A DNA stretch of 64,000 bases from Marsupella aquatica (Eukaryota; Plantae; Marchantiophyta). Location: NCBI GenBank assembly GCA_973895155.1, contig OZ316893.1:14104645-14168644 (forward strand), in the 5' to 3' direction. A program made the position numbers and the translations under genes. Of this stretch, positions 37,152 through 51,839 are shown piece by piece; positions within the stretch are counted from its first letter, which is position 1; the number at the start of each line of letters is the position of its first letter. Below the pieces are notes generated by a model. It was given only the letters and a program-made list of their open reading frames with translations, was not told the DNA's origin and did no database searches.

Positions 37152-38379
37152 GCGAAGCGGACATGAACAGATGTCGCAGTATAAGGAAGCCCTAGGTACG
37201 AGCCCTCGTCTGATTCAGTCAGCCAGCCATGTTTTGTGGGGTAAGTATTCTACGAGTTCCTCCTTGTTTTTGGATCTCCAATGGATGCTCCAACTCCAAA
37301 GAATGATAAGATGGTGTGGTACTGAAGGACAAATGAAGTGCAGCTGCTCTGAACTTAGTCACTGTAACGAAGACAGATGGGAACGAGTTTGTATAGCCCC
37401 GTTAATGTCCATCATATTCCATACTGTTTTCCTACTTCGTGTTCGCCATTCTCTTCCCTAGACAGCAGTATCCATGAGGAGCTGAAAGGACAGGTTTGTT
37501 TCAGCAGTGCCTTGGAAGTATCACTCTCGCGGGGTGCTCTGAAGAGGGAGGACCAGATTCAATGGAGCCTAGCATGTAATAGTAGGAGCCATCTCTAAAT
37601 TTGGTGGGGTAGAACTTAAAGAGCAAGATGCGAGTCTGCATGATCCGGAAAGAACAGCATCATCTGCGTCACTTCCCTTATATCCCACATATCAGAGATA
37701 CAAACCTCTTCAGGTGAAGGTGAAGGCTGCATCCATGAATGTCTGAGCAATTATCAGGTTGTATTGTGATCTGTTATATCCTCGGCTAATAAGAGGCTTG
37801 GCAATTGTTCGATATATAGTTGTCACAAAGAGGTCATCTGACTCTTCTTGGGCTCTGGAATTGCAGGTGGGATTAACTTTGCTTCGTAGAAACTGAGAGC
37901 ACTCAGCTTGCACCCTTACCATATGTTCTGAACTGTCTGGCGTTATTGACCAAGATGTACTTACAATCTTAGCAATTAACTTGTACCATAATTCTTTCTC
38001 CGGGGAGTGATAGCTTCCGAGATATTCAGATACGACATTTTTCATCAGGCCTAACAATCTAATTGTACCCTATGAGGGTACATTACGAGGGTACATTATG
38101 GATCCGGATAAACCTGGATGGACAAGAGAAAAGGCATTGTGAATACTCGGTGACCACCAGTCATGGTTTCTTTATATCTAAGGATGTATTTCCTATCAGT
38201 GGATTAGTACGTAACCTCTAAAGTGATTTTCGTTTCCCCAGTTTGGTGCATCAATCGATGAATCCCTGTTTCAAACAACGAGATGTAAAACTCCTATACT
38301 GCATGAAGCGGTGATGTGAAAGGTTTCAAATAAACTGTATTACTTCAAATGAAGTATTAGGAAGGTAGCCAGGGATCCA

Positions 38380-38910
38380 TGTGACTCCAATTCCATTAGG
38401 ATGTGTCAAAGCACTGTCACAAGCAAAGGATTATGGCAAGTATTTTGGCAAACTGTATGACTCCAACTCCAGTAGGGTGTATCAAAGCGGTGTCAGAAGC
38501 AAAGTAAAAGTACTATGGCAAAAGTATTATGGCAAATATGATGGCAAAGTGTTAGGATTCCAACTCCATTAGGGTGTGTCAAAGCACTATCACAAGCAAA
38601 GTATTATGGCAAGTATTATGAAAAGCACTGTCACAATCAAGTATTATGACTGTTATATTTGGATGTCTGATCCTTATTAGGCCAGTATTTAGGTAACCCA
38701 GAATGTTTTTGGATGTCTGATCTCTGATTCCTTATGGGGCATGTATTTAGGTAACTCATAATTTTTTTTGTATGTCATCCTTATGGGACATGTATTTAGG
38801 TAACCCATAATTTTCTTGGATGTCTCATCCTCATGGGGCATATGTGTAGGTAACCCATAATGTTTTTGGATGTCTTATCCTTATGGGGTGTGTATTCAGG
38901 TAACCCATAA
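38380..38910. repeat. Two adjacent tandem arrays (GACTCCAA.TCCATTAGG..GTGTCAAAGC unit; ~50-bp TTTGGATGTCT.ATCCTTATGGGGCATGTATTTAGGTAACCCATAA unit x5)
   Basis: Direct repeats are visible at 38380-38650 and 38658-38910. Confidence 0.8.
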
Positions 38911-40996
38911 ATTTCGTCTTTGCCATAAAACCAGTTTATGTCCTTGGTTGTACCTTACTTATGGCCTTTGTCTTGACAAACCCTATTGATGAATCTGTGT
39001 CATTTCCAAATTTTGTTTGATTCTCCACATTGGAGTTTTTGACTCGGCAAGCCCTATTGATGAATCCGCGTCATTTCATATTTTGTTTGGGATTCTCCCA
39101 CATTGGAGTCTTTGACAGTATTTGCTTTGAGTTGTCCTAGGGTCTGCTCTTGTAAAGGCTTTCTAAGAACCCTCACAAGCCATTAGTTAGTTTAAATTCT
39201 CAAAACTACTGAGGTGAATCATTCTATTGGTTTTTCCTCCAAAATTACATGTTTCATTTCTATATCAATAATATTCAACCAAGTCAGTGACTACCATATT
39301 GATTACATCAGTTATATTCAGTCATTCCTGTGACAGTACCCAAAACAAAAGAATCTGCTAAAAAATGCTACAGTCATAAGCAATCGGCAGGACTCAATTC
39401 TTCAAACAAATGTTTTGCCTAGGAGAGACGAGAGGTGGCTTCTTGGACCAAATCCTTCCCAAGCTAATGACTCTCACGTCTATTGGACTCAAAAGCTAAC
39501 CCCAGAGGTGAAAAAATATTTTAATAGAGCTTTTTTGGGATGATAGGAAAGTACCTAACTACACACCATGTACAATAGACAAAATTGTATCCTTGGAAAT
39601 TGAGACTCTTTAACCATTCAATAGATCTACTTTAGCATAGGCTCACCCATAGTCAAACTTTGAGTTCACTGCCTCAAAGCGAGGCATTGCCCAGGCCACC
39701 AGCAGTTGAAGGCAAGCAGTGATTGGTGAGGAGGCCTGGCACAGTTGGGCTGTGCAGAATGGGGGGAGAGAACGGAGGGAGTGAGGGTAGGCAGCCCACC
39801 CCTGGGTCAATTGTGAGGGAAGCAACCACCATACAATGTACAGATAGGGTGTGAGATGTTAGCCATTGAATGTCAAGGCAATCATCCAGGTAATCTTCAT
39901 ACCCACAACCAAAATTTGTGGCATTGTGGTAAAACAGAAAAAAATAACAGTGTAATTTGTTGGAACTTAGTATTAAGGTCCCTCCATTATGAGGAAGAGC
40001 CATTGAATGTCAAGGCAATCATCCAGGTAATTTTCATAACCCACAACCAAAATTTGTGGCATTGTGATAAAACAGAAAAATTAGCAGTGTAATTTGTTGG
40101 CACTTAGAGAAGGGTTCCATACGCGTACGGGCGCGGAGTGCCCATCCGCGCGGACCCCACAGGGCCCCACATCCCCAGCAACTTGGGAGGCTGTTGGCAG
40201 ACCGGCCCACAGTCGCATGGGACAACTGCGGGCTGCCCCTGCCCCCTCCTCCCCGGTTTCCCATTGCCAGCCCTTCTCACTTCACCCGGCTCCTGCTGCT
40301 CGCCCGGCTCCTTCTCGCCCGACTCCTGCTTGCTTGCCCGGCTCCTGCGAGCTCGCTTGCCTGACCATGATCCCACGGGGAGTCGTAGCGCCTTCGCCCA
40401 GCCACGAGCCCCGACACCATAGCTCGAGCTCTCGAGCTTCTGAGCTCTCGAGCTTTGGAGCTCAAGATTGATGAGCTTCCACCATAGCTCCAGCACCTGA
40501 ATGCGATTGTCGCCGATGCGTTCTACATGTCCGATGTGCTCCTTGCTCAGCTTCATCGCTTTTGAAGCCTCGACCAATAGTGTAGATTTTACTGCCAGAC
40601 CTAAATCAATGAGAGGTCGGTTTCAATTCAACACATTTCCCTGCACACTGCAAGAGAGATGACGTTTTTTGTTGGTGGAGTTCATAGCACTGAGGGGAGA
40701 CACAAAGTTTAGCTTCACTGCCCAAGCTTCAACTTTGACTGATCGAAGCTTCATTCTGGGAAATAAGTTTCTCTCATTTCAGGTGTGTACATGAATTGTT
40801 CAGTAATTAAATTGATATTTTGAATAACATACAATGCATTCTCATATGCTGAAATGTGGAATCTCTTAAGAAGGCATTGTGAACGTAGGCTTCAATTTTA
40901 GCAATTACCTGAACTTCATGTTTTCTCCTCTGTTTTGTCGCTCCACAGCAATTCATTGTCATGGAATGTTCTTAGAAATCCTTGTTTGATTTCTTC

Positions 40997-42429
40997 ATGG
41001 CAGCCACAAGCTCTCATATGAGAACTCCCATGGCAGGGGTCATGAATACTGTTGGGGACATATTGGAACAGACAGACCTCCCTGATCTAAATGAATCTGT
41101 CCCCACTACCAGAGCATAGGGCAGACCTCCTCCTCGCAGGTTTCAAGCTGCTTTTGGGCCCCATCCATTCCATTCAATACTGAGAACCCTTGCTTCCTTG
41201 ATGGCCTCAATTGGCACTGTTGTCCACTTGATGATGCCTCTTTTTGAGAGTTCCACCTCTTTTCTACTTGAGTCCATGGACAATACTGAGCTCACCCGAT
41301 CAACATTATGTAGAGCATTGTTGTTTTCTCACATAGTGCCAGCATTTTTGCAAGCCATTGGGTTAGTCCATATTCGGCCAAGACAGGTTGTTGACCAGTG
41401 GTACATTAAACCCCGCACACGGCAGAGATTAATAATCTGGATTGATGAAACTCCTTGGAAGGATCCACATCGTTTTCAAGAGTTCTTTAGGATCAGTCCT
41501 CCATTATTTTTCTACATATGTGAGCTTGTGCACAATGATATGATCACAGACCCTCCTGTGTCATTGCGAATCCTACCTAATCGACAATTGTTGGTAATGA
41601 GACAAGTGGCTCTTGCATTGAGATGTCTGGCTACTGGCGATACTTTTTTGACACTAGGTGAGTTGTTTGGAGTCTCAAAGAGTTCTGTTGTGAAGGTCAC
41701 TTGGAAATTCATTTCCTCTTTGCGAAGGAGGGCTGCACATGTCATTCAGTGGCCAGACGAGGCGGGTCTTCTTGAAGTGAAGCAAGGATTTCAGGATAGA
41801 TGGGGTTTTCCGAATTGCTGTGGAGCTATTGATGGCACTCACTTGCCTATTGAGCTCCCATTTGGTGAGGACTCCACCCAGTATTATGATTGGAAACATA
41901 AACTCTCAGTCTCTATGCAAGCAATCTGTCTCATAAACTCTGAGATTTTTGTGGGTCCCGATTTTATTACCAAGTCACACAGCACCGTACTCGATTGAGT
42001 GGACCTCTATTCCGTTGCCAAGATGGTAGGATGCTACAAGAATATATCATTGGGGATGCAGGGTACCCATTACTCCCCTGGCTGATTGTTCCTTTTGCCA
42101 GAGGTGTGTCAGAGTAGACTGATGCTTTTAATTACAAGCTGTCTAGCACACGGATGTGTGTGGAAAGAGCTTTTGGTAGGTTGAAAGGGACATGGCGAAT
42201 TCTGAGTAGGGTATTGTGGAAGCCTCACATCGAACAACTTGGGCCGATGATCTATTGCTGTTGTGTTCTCCATAACCTAATTATTGATAGGAACGATGGG
42301 CTGCCAAATGTGGTTTGGCAGCACTACCCTCCTCATCCACCAGGCTATGCAGGAGTCTTGCATCCCAATCGAAGAGTGTATAGAGGGGGACCAGAAGCAA
42401 GAGTGGCTTTGATGGACCATGTAGGATAG
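40997..42429 (+). pseudogene. Harbinger/PIF DDE transposase (HARBI1/ALP1-like)
   Basis: Motifs FQEFFRISPPLF, QVALALRCLATG..LGELFGVSKSSV, WGFPNCCGAIDGTH, YIIGDAGYPLLPWL, FNYKLSSTRMCVERAFGRLKGTWRIL and CCCVLHN. There is a stop near 41117 and a deletion or frameshift at ~41930-42030. The start is uncertain. Confidence 0.9.
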
Positions 42430-42911
42430 TGAGGACTATAGATCAGTAGTACTGTCCATAACAGATCAGTTATGAAGCCATTGTAATATAATCAATTTTA
42501 AAGCAATGCTTCTGTTTTCAAAAAGCTTCCAACACCATTCATTTGTGTACTATTTTAGAGTTCAAATCTCAGATTTTGTGTATGCAAACCTGTTGTTACC
42601 AAGCCAATTAGATGGCAGATCATTCAGGCAATATTTTGCACAAATTGAATGTTTGAATTTGAAAGCATCAAAATATCTTCTGCAGGATCAAACATTGTTG
42701 ACAGAGAAATTGGATAGATTATTTGAACGTGTCACTTACAAAACATCAAAATATCTTCTGCGGAAGCAAAAATTGTCGATCTGAACACCTTCAGTTGTTC
42801 TATTCATGATCAGTTTCAAAATTGTACCTAGTTTTGTAGCATTTGTCTTTCTCACTACTAACTACAGTCATCAGATGGATGTATAGAGACTTGAGAAGAG
42901 AAGTAAATCTA

Positions 42912-43982
42912 TCAACTGTCTGTTGATTGTCTCAATCCATCTGCAAGGTATTGGACAGAATCGGCAATGAAAGCAAGAGCATTTGCAACATCCAACCCTG
43001 TCTGTCGGGCAGATCGAGTAGCTTCTACTTGAGCTGACAAGGTATCAACATGTCTCCTGTTGTTAAATGAGAGGAGTTCAGTGTGCTCCTCCCTTCTTGC
43101 CAGGCGATCCTCTGCAATTGCTTTCACAAAATGATCAGTAACCTTGTGCATCTCATCTCGGGTCCTCTCAAATGTTTTTTTTCCTTTTCCAACCCCTAGT
43201 GGTAGATGGCTCAGCATCTCCCTATCCAGAGACAGAGGTTGGGCTTCTTTCCATGGGAGATGGGTTGGGGGAGCTGGTTGGTTGAGAGGGTGTTGATTGC
43301 TCCCTACCGGTGTCACCAGTCTGATAAGCAGGAGTTGGCGGATCACGAGTGGCTGGTGGTGGTACATATGAACTATTCAAAGGGTCTGCCTCGGTATCTG
43401 GGTCCTCATTGCAACATCAAGGCTTTGATCATTTGTGTCACCTCCACCAATGTCTGAATTGCTACTAAACCAGGGTTGGGATTCGGGATTCTGGCTAGGT
43501 CTTGGGTCCATGGATCTACGAACAGCTTCGGAAGCCTCGGCATCTGCTGTGCTGTCAACATACTGATTTGGGTGTGGATTGACAGCTCTATTTGTTGGGA
43601 CAAATATCACCATAGCCTCATAAATATTCTCCTGGAATGTAGTGGGCAAGCCTCGATCTTTCTTGTCAGATCTATGCAACTCAAAATACCCATCACCACC
43701 TGAGGGAGTGTGGGCCTGGAAATCATAAATCTTCTTGAAATCTGTCAATAATTTCTCCCACCTTTTCTTGCATTGTTTCTAGCCTCTTTGAACATTGTTG
43801 GCTTTGCACATCTCTTCAATTTCCTTCCATCTCTGCTCAGCTGTTCGAATTCGTTCTCGGGAGGAATCCAACTGGGACTGATCTTGTTGGTATTTCTTGC
43901 TGTCCACAAGAACCAGAAGTTCTCTAGTGTCCCATTGAGCACTACCTCGTCGATCCTCTACTACCATCTGCACAAGATTCAT
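42912..43982 (-). pseudogene. Harbinger Myb/SANT-like (trihelix) DNA-binding protein
   Basis: QWDTRELLVLVDSKK...EQRWKEIEEMCKANNVQRG*KQCKKRWEKLLTDFKKIYDFQ...YFEL...RGLPTTFQENIYEAM, a W...W...W trihelix. Contains an in-frame stop at 43779-43781 and a later frameshift or intron, followed by a C-terminal coiled region. Confidence 0.87.
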
Positions 43983-46936
43983 TTGTAGTTAATTTTAAGT
44001 TCAATTTAGTGTATAGCTTGATCCTCCATCAAATTTCAGAGTTCAGATTTATGCAGTGTAGTAGTTGATTCGGGAGAGAATTCAACAGAATGATTCAATG
44101 TAGTCAATGCATTCAAATAGGAGAAACATAGCAAGTTTCTATGCAGTCTCGTAGAGCCAATTGCACTGTCCGAATTGAACATAAAACCGATGAGGATTCG
44201 TGGATAGAATTTCTCAAAGAGAAATCGAAGCTGGGTGAGACCACTGTTGGATGAAAAATGCAGAGAGAGAGTTGACAGCATTTGCGGATTCAAAACATTG
44301 TCCACTTATATTAATTCACAGCTTTGGTCCCTTTGGACTTGGTTACATCATACATTGAGCTTACTTGACAAAGCCTGGTTGATCAATCAGTCCTTGAATT
44401 CAGCCCACTTCCAAGCGTAGCTGATCTTCCAGAAAGGTCCGCAGCGCAATGAAGCTGTCGTGAAACTTACAAAAAAATATCACTAGTGCTCTTTTAGAAC
44501 AATGGACAAGCTATGGCAGCAGCTGCGCCAATAGCTATGGTGCAAGCTTGGCTCGACAAAAAGCTATGGTGGAAGCCCGTTTGAATGAACAAAAAGCTAT
44601 GGCGGGAGTCTTCAGTCGAGCAGCCACAAAGTCCGCAGCGCAAAAAGTTTTTGGCGGACACGAACCTCCGCAGCGGAGCGCACAACAACCGCAGCCGGGT
44701 CGCCAATATTTGGTGGGCAGGGGCGGAACTCCGAAGCCGGGCCCTGGAGCTGCTTTGACCGCCAACTGACGGTTTGCCCTAGCAGGGTGACCTCCCGTCG
44801 CCCGTTGCCCACAAGGGGCAAGGGCACCCTGCAAGGAGCGGGTGGGCTCGTCCCCCTCCTCGCTTCCTCCTCTCCCCTCACCCTGCGCTCCCTCGTACGG
44901 GCCCTGCGTGGCAGGGCATCCACAGTCGTTGGAGCTTCCGTGCACATTGGGACTCCGCACCCGTACGCGCATGGAACCCCACCCTTAGTATTTAGTTCCC
45001 TCCATTATGAGGAAGACCGTTGTGACTGCGCCACCCTTGTGATGTCCAGCTGTGTGCATTTACCAGGTTACAGCTCCACTGTCAGATTTAGGGTATGCCT
45101 CCTGGAAGCGGATCCTCTCTCGTCACCCGCTTGCCCTAGATCAGATCATGATATGTTCCAGTTTTTCAACGTAAGCATTATGCTGCAAGTATTACTGAAA
45201 GCACTCTGGACAGTGTTTCACACTACACTAAGTCAGCCGATGTTTTAAGCATAATTAAATGTTGAGTTGCTCACTTTGTACTTCACACGTAAAAAAAAGC
45301 AGCAGTTTAGGATGTACCAAGTTTCATCTCTCAATGATATGAAAGAACAATCTGATTTATTGTAGTATGAAAACTTAGTCTGATAAGCGATCATGTGCCA
45401 GATGGCACTACACCTGATGCTTTCTATGTGGATTAACACAAAAGATTTATTATGGGGTCAAGTCGGGTTCAGTTGTCCTCACTTATGACAATGGAAGATA
45501 TATTATGGGGTCAAGGAGGGTTGAGTGATAAGGGTTGATTGATAAGCCAGTTATGACATTGAAGTAGCAAGCCAGTCACTTATGACTGTGGAAGATGTGT
45601 TATGGGCCGGGGTTATGGGGCCAAGGAAGGTTGAGTGACTTTACTGATGACGGTGAAGTGGCAAGTCACTTGTGAGAATGGACGATATATATTATGGGGC
45701 CAACGAAAGTTCAGAAAGAAGTCATTTGACACGAGGGAAGAGTATTGAAACCTCTGCAATATTTTTCACCGTTTCTATTTTTGCTTCTCTTTCTCCTTTC
45801 TTGACACGAGAGGACAAATTTGAATTGACATCTGCAAGAGTTCACAGAGTTCTCATCAGCTGAATGACTGAATTCACGGCGTTTAATCCCATCTGATGTA
45901 CATGGAAAACATGTGCCTCTCACCAACCAAGTTGTAGGCCAGCTACTGTCAATTTGATGAAAATTGCAGCTTTCCTCATAGATGTGCTGTGGCAACTTTC
46001 CTATCTTGTGCATGGGGCTTTGTCTTGGACCATGATGGTTCTCGTACTATTTTGCTATGTGCACAAGATGGGAAAGTTGTTTTACTATATCTTTCCTCAT
46101 AGACGTGGCCAACTCATTTACCATCGTCTGTATAGAGCAAAAGTAGCAAAAACATTATCATGCTCCGTGGTCCAAGAAAGTACCATACCCTACTCAAGAC
46201 TTCATAAGCTGAATCTTAGATAGTTTTGGTGTTTACAATTCATGTGCAGCTATATTTGTGCTCCAATGTGAGTCCTTGGAGCGAATTTTTGCGCCATGGT
46301 ATATCCGACATAAGCTATTTTGGCTGATTAGGAAAGGTCAGGGCAAAGAATTCACAAATTAGAACATTTCTTGGGTCCTATTCCACGGCGAGCCTCTAGT
46401 GTCGACATTCGTCGAAAAGTGTAGTAGGAAAATTGAATTTCAAAGTGTGCGATGAATTCCACAACTGTATAGAACATCACGCTTACAATTTGAAGAAAAC
46501 GATGAAGACAGTGATTTTAGAATTCTTAATATTTGCAAACCCGTGACTTAAATCAAGATTGCCATAACGATTCCGTATTTTTCATGTCACATATCAAACA
46601 ATATGGATGGAATAGAGCTTTCCAACATAATGCACCACACCTCGTCTAGCTTGTCGCCGACTCTTTACTCGAGGACAAAACTGAGGGCACAAAAATCAAT
46701 TCCAGAAAAGCTTTATACGGTACCATCAATGTTGTTCCCACTCATTTCTTTCCCAGAAAAAAGAGCGTACCGTTACAAGTTGCAGATCCGCAACGAAAGA
46801 ATGAGAAGTTCAAGTTACTGAGGATAACGTGCACACAAACCGCAATATCTACAGAAAATTGGACGAGCTCAAGGAACCAAATGTGTCATAAATAGGTGCA
46901 GTAACCCAACTTCCTACAGTGCCCTAAGCTAAACAT

Positions 46937-49900
46937 TTATGCCGCAGATGAAGCTGGTGGAGGTGGAGAGTAAGGTTGAGATTGACCCTTTCGCATTGGC
47001 ATCTCATCCTCCTTACCGTTATACCTGTACTTTTTCCTTCTTATGAATACAATCCATAAGAGAATTGACAACATGTTCCCGGCAGACATCAGGGTCAGTC
47101 CTATCCAAATCCACTTTGCATTTTTTCGCAGATTATGACACCTAAATTGATAAATGTTTGTGAAGACGTCGCGGACAAATGCGCAGTTTGCTGCATTGGT
47201 AAGGAAAGTGCCACTGCTGGAAAGCGAATTTGCAGCCGACGCCCCACCCGACAATTGTCGATACAACGACGGCGTCAACCTTCCCTGGGTTGTGCATATT
47301 TGCCCCGTTGAGTCCGGAACACATAAATATGCGTTCCACACCTGCATGTTACCAAAATATCAAGTCAAACACTTATACTGAAAGCCCACCAACATGATAC
47401 TGATACCCACCGAATGAGAACCTAGGAATGATTTTGCTCTTCTCAAAAACAAATGGGTGCATCTCAGTAGCAAGACGTAGACAACACGTATCAATGCTCA
47501 AGGAAACCAATGATACCCGAAAAGTTGTTACCTGAGAGGCAGCAGCCAAGCTTGTAGTATTTGCTCCACATGGTGTTGTGTTGCACAAAGCAGGAACCAA
47601 TGGTCCACTTTGATTGTAACCACCCACTACTCCTAATGGTAAGTTCCGGTTCACTTGATTATTGATTCCGTTGTTCACATCATTAACTATCCGAGTCGTG
47701 AATTGCTGAGATGAAGTGAGAGCAGAGGCTGCAGCCGCTCCACTGCACGGCAAGAACTTATCCAAACTCGTGTTCGCCTCAGGATTGGCTACCCATTCTT
47801 GCATGGCCAAACAAGTGTCTCCAACACCACTGCAATCGAAATCAGCATCAAATCACGCAGTTCCCTTTTCTGGTAATGGGTACGATAAGACGAACCCTGA
47901 TAATAGCGAAGACAGGACGAATCACAAATTCACAACCCCGAACAAGTGATCACAAGACTAATAAGAACCAATATCTGAGCCTGTTAGGCGGGGAAGGAAG
48001 ATGACTTAGTAAAATACATACTTATCAATGAACATGAATATGCCGCAAAGTATCCATGTTCCAAGCACCAACACCCAGCCCACCAAAACCAACCTGTGGA
48101 AAAAAGAACATATCTCGGAATCAATCCACGCAGAACAGACTCTTAGAACTGTAACAACTACGGAGTGAATTGGCAAGGAAATTTCCAGTCTGACATGTGC
48201 CTGCAATTCACTTCCAGATGCAAAAATGCCATGCCAGGAAAGAAAGACAAACATAGACCAATGTCCAACCAAAAATAAAGGTTCGCCGCGACAAAACTTA
48301 CAAGTAAACAAGCCATCGTATTCCGAGAATTGAAAACACTGAAAAGCACAACAAGGGAACGTGAGTACATATTTTACAGGAAAAGTCCAGGAGAACCATA
48401 AACATACGCTATAATGAGAAAATGCAGCTACGTTTGTAGCAAACATATTCTTCTTTCGAGGCTTGTTTTGGCTCAACGACTGTGTTCAAAGTCTCTACAG
48501 AGAGGCTAACGAAGAAGACAAGAAACTCCCAGAAACACTAGCACAAGTTCATAGAGGTCGATTCGTAGAAAAACTCACGGAGGCCAAGTAGCACAAGCGC
48601 TAACATGACAGCAGCCACCACTATGAGCACGATTCGCCTGCAACAACGAGACTGAAATGTGAGATTTACAGCAAACTTTGTTCAACGGGCAGAACGCCCC
48701 GTAACCGCGAGAGCAAATTTGTCAACGCAGGCCAATCACAAAGACGTGGTGTGAAGAAAACGTACACAATATAGATAGCATTTTTTATTTTCTTCCGATT
48801 GTCCAAAGTTTTGCTGTGCAGATCATTAGCTGTACTATTAAGCCGCGTGTTTAATGACGTAATCGTTTGTTGGTCGGCAGGTGTGAACGTGATACCGACG
48901 ATGTTGAGATTAGCAACACTGCTCAGGTTGGATTGAACCTTCCGAAGGCCTCCCTCAGTGACTTGTGACTGCTGGACCACATAGTCCAAAGTGTCCGTCA
49001 ACTCGTTATTAAAATAGCGCTGAGCGTAGTAGAGTAAGATCGACCCAGCTCTGCAAAGTCCCAACAGCACGAGATTGTGAGGCAGTGGAACAAAGCCGAG
49101 TCGGGCACCAAAGCTGGGGCTCGCAGTTCCAACAAAATGGATGAGCACCGGTTAAGAGCAGAGGAAGCGGATTCACACCCAAGACGTTCAGAAGCTACGG
49201 ACGACTTGCATTTTGGAGCTAGCAATTGACTTACATGGCAGCAAGAGTGAAAAGCACTAGCGCGAGTATCGGAAGAATATATCCCAGGCGTCCGTGGCTG
49301 TATTCATGTTTGGTCCTATGCCGGCAGCAGCAACACATGAAACACAGAGTCATGAGCAGGAACAAGGCTAGCGCTGCCCAGATTATGGCCAAAATCCAAC
49401 CTGGAAGCCCCGTGTATCCCACCGACTGTCATCCAGCAAAAGCAGAACGAATAATCAATATGTTGGTAATGTTTGCAATACAACAGCCGTAACCCAATCT
49501 GCGGATCTGCGGGTCGTCCTAGACGATGGAGGCAGAGACCACGAAGCCCCCAAGACAAGCGTGTCCAATGATTCTTGCAATGAACTCGAAATTGTGTAGA
49601 GTCTAAGCTTTGCCCGAAGCGGCAGAGACAAAGGAAGTGTATTGATGCAAATGGAGAACGAGACTCACCGCCCCATAATCTTTGTTGGACAGATTGTACC
49701 CTCCCGTATATGTTTTTAGTCCATGGAGCGGATTTGGCCTATCCGTCCGGCTCCTTGCCAATAGAAGTGGTGCCTGGGCATTGGTTGTGTTACTGCTGAT
49801 TACTTGAAGAAGATGTCTTGAACCTCCCTCGGAAAATGCAAGGTAAGCTGGTTGAGCTGCAAAAACGAATTCTTTAAAGTAAGATACATGTCCCCAAAAT

Positions 49901-50600
49901 CTATCATTCGACATGAAAGGCGAGATAACAGACCACACAAGACGTGCAAGCGGTACAAGAATCCACATGGGTCGAATTTAACTATCCTTCTTCATAATCG
50001 GACAGTCAACACTCCCATTGCGAATCTTCAACAAATTTTGTGGACAATAGATGAATGGCAATGAGAGTACCAAGACCTTTTCTATCACTTTGGATGGATA
50101 GAACAGCAAATGCTTTAGAAGAGGGGCCGCACAAGGGGATCCGCTTGAGAGAAGGCCCCTTCTTCAGAACACCATCATCGAACGAAGCCAACAGATGGGA
50201 AGGTGGATATCGACACTGGTACAAACCCACGACAGGCGACCTCCAAGAAACGGCTCTAAAAAGCAGGACACGGGTTGGACGGACACAGTACCCGTGCTTC
50301 AGCTCCATAATATAACGACATAACACAAGAGTCCGCCGGTGAGGTTGGGGCTCTCTGCAATGTGCATCAGCGCAGACCCCAGAAGCAGATAGGTGATGCC
50401 AGAAAATATTTTGACTCACCCAATTGTTTAATATCCTCCGCGAACAATGAAGGCGATGCCGAATCCAGTGCGGATCCACCAGCGCTGCTGGTCAGCAGAG
50501 TTCCCAGGAGCACCAGCACCAGCAACGAATACCTACATACTATTCGACAAGGCAGTCCAGCTTGACGGGCAGCTGCTGCCATTTTCGTAAGCCCGCTCAT
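46937..50600 (-). CDS. Plant Tweety-like multi-pass membrane protein (At2g12400-type uncharacterised transmembrane family), about 8 exons
   Basis: Signal-peptide exon (50600/50582-50420), then LLLARSRTDRPNPLHGLKTYTGGYNLSNKDYGA / SVGYTGLPGWILAIIW..CFMCCCC..LALVLFTLAA / GSILLYYAQ..TLDYVVQQS / LVLVGWVLVLGTWILCGIF / GDTCLAMQEWVANPEANTSLDKFLPC..YNQSGPLVPALCN / VWNAYLC..GQICTTQGRLTP..CAFVRDVF..C..L..WIWIGL. GT-AG junctions are consistent. Stop TAA at 46937-46939. Confidence 0.9.
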
Positions 50601-51839
50601 GCCAGGAACGTATTCGTCGATCAAATCCGAAATTTTTCAATCGGCCACTGTAGTGGCCGCACTGACAGTTAGCGATCCTTGTTCCAACACAACTCCCGAA
50701 AACGCTCTCTGCCTGTCCAATCCACGCCAGGGGAGAACACGCCTGGGAGAAGACTAGAAGTTCATAAAATCACTATGCCGTACAGATGAGAGGAGCTTTA
50801 TAATTATTAAGGTAGTCCGCAGGGGGAATGATGACCAAACTCGTCGAGACTAGCAAGCGAGAATGCAAACAGGAGACCTGATTTGCCAGCTATCATGATC
50901 GAAGCGTGCAACGGAATAGCTGCACCTACCGTTACATTTCTCCCAGTGCCATCGTAGGATACAATCACATGCATTTCCGCGAATTTCAGGGAGGAGGGCC
51001 CGCTTCTGCGTATCGTGTTCCTCTCCTGCAGGCGAGCGTCCCATCATTCCCGGGGACAGCGCAGCGCTGCGCCACGCCCCCCACCGGCCACCTCCAAATT
51101 ATCCCTCGTTGAATTCGTCACAACTCACAACTCACCTCACACCACCATCATCATCATTCTGTCCGACGATCTAACGGGAATGCTCACAATTCTCATTTCA
51201 CAATTTACTAAAACGACAACACTCGACGCGCTGCACGATTTCCCGATTCCGATATCCAGACATCACGAAAAATGATGAAAGGCTCCGGATCCGTGAAATA
51301 ACAACGGCTTTCATGACGCCTGATCTGGACTTGTCTTACTCCTCAGAATTAATTGTTAGCCTTTACCTGGGCACCATGGCGCTATATCATGAGAGTACAG
51401 CACCATTAATTCTCCCACTTTTCCCCACAAATAGATAATGCAGTACCGTTGTGAGATCTATCTGAATGAAGTCAAAAGTACTCGGCGGGACACGATCGAC
51501 AGTAGGTCCCTACACCTTTGCACAATTGTGTGTTGTTTACGAACATCGGATGCTTTTCACGGTCCATGTGTCGGACACAGAAGCTTCGATGGAATCGGCC
51601 GATACATCCTCCTCTTTGCTCGTTGCCCTGCAAGTCCGGGAAAGCTCGCTGAGGAGGTGACAGATTGTAATGTAAGTGTGTAAAGTGGGATACATAATTA
51701 TTATAGCGAAGGGTCAAAGTTGTTGCTCTTCACTTTGCCGATCCGACTCCTCCGGACATCATAAGGCCAAACGTGTTACGGTAAATCCTGCAGGTTCTTT
51801 GCGGTTGCTCTTTTCGGTGGACCTTCGGATTACACGTTC

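Larger units (their letters stand above)
40107..44984 (+). mobile_element. PIF/Harbinger DNA transposon, full length, decayed
   Basis: TIRs GAGAAGGGTTCCATACGCGTACGGGCGCGGAGT and ACTCCGCACCCGTACGCGCATGGAACCCCACCC. TTA TSD at 40104-40106 and 44985-44987. Contains convergent DDE transposase and Myb/trihelix genes. Confidence 0.93.

Noticed and set aside
34394-37164. Several minus-strand ORFs (e.g. 34394-34843, 34877-35272)
   Set aside because: These are antisense shadows of the long SNF2 CDS.
44494-45248. GC-rich ORFs at the Harbinger right end suggesting a third gene
   Set aside because: They occur in several frames on both strands, one runs across the TIR, and no domain is recognisable. This is consistent with GC-rich subterminal DNA.
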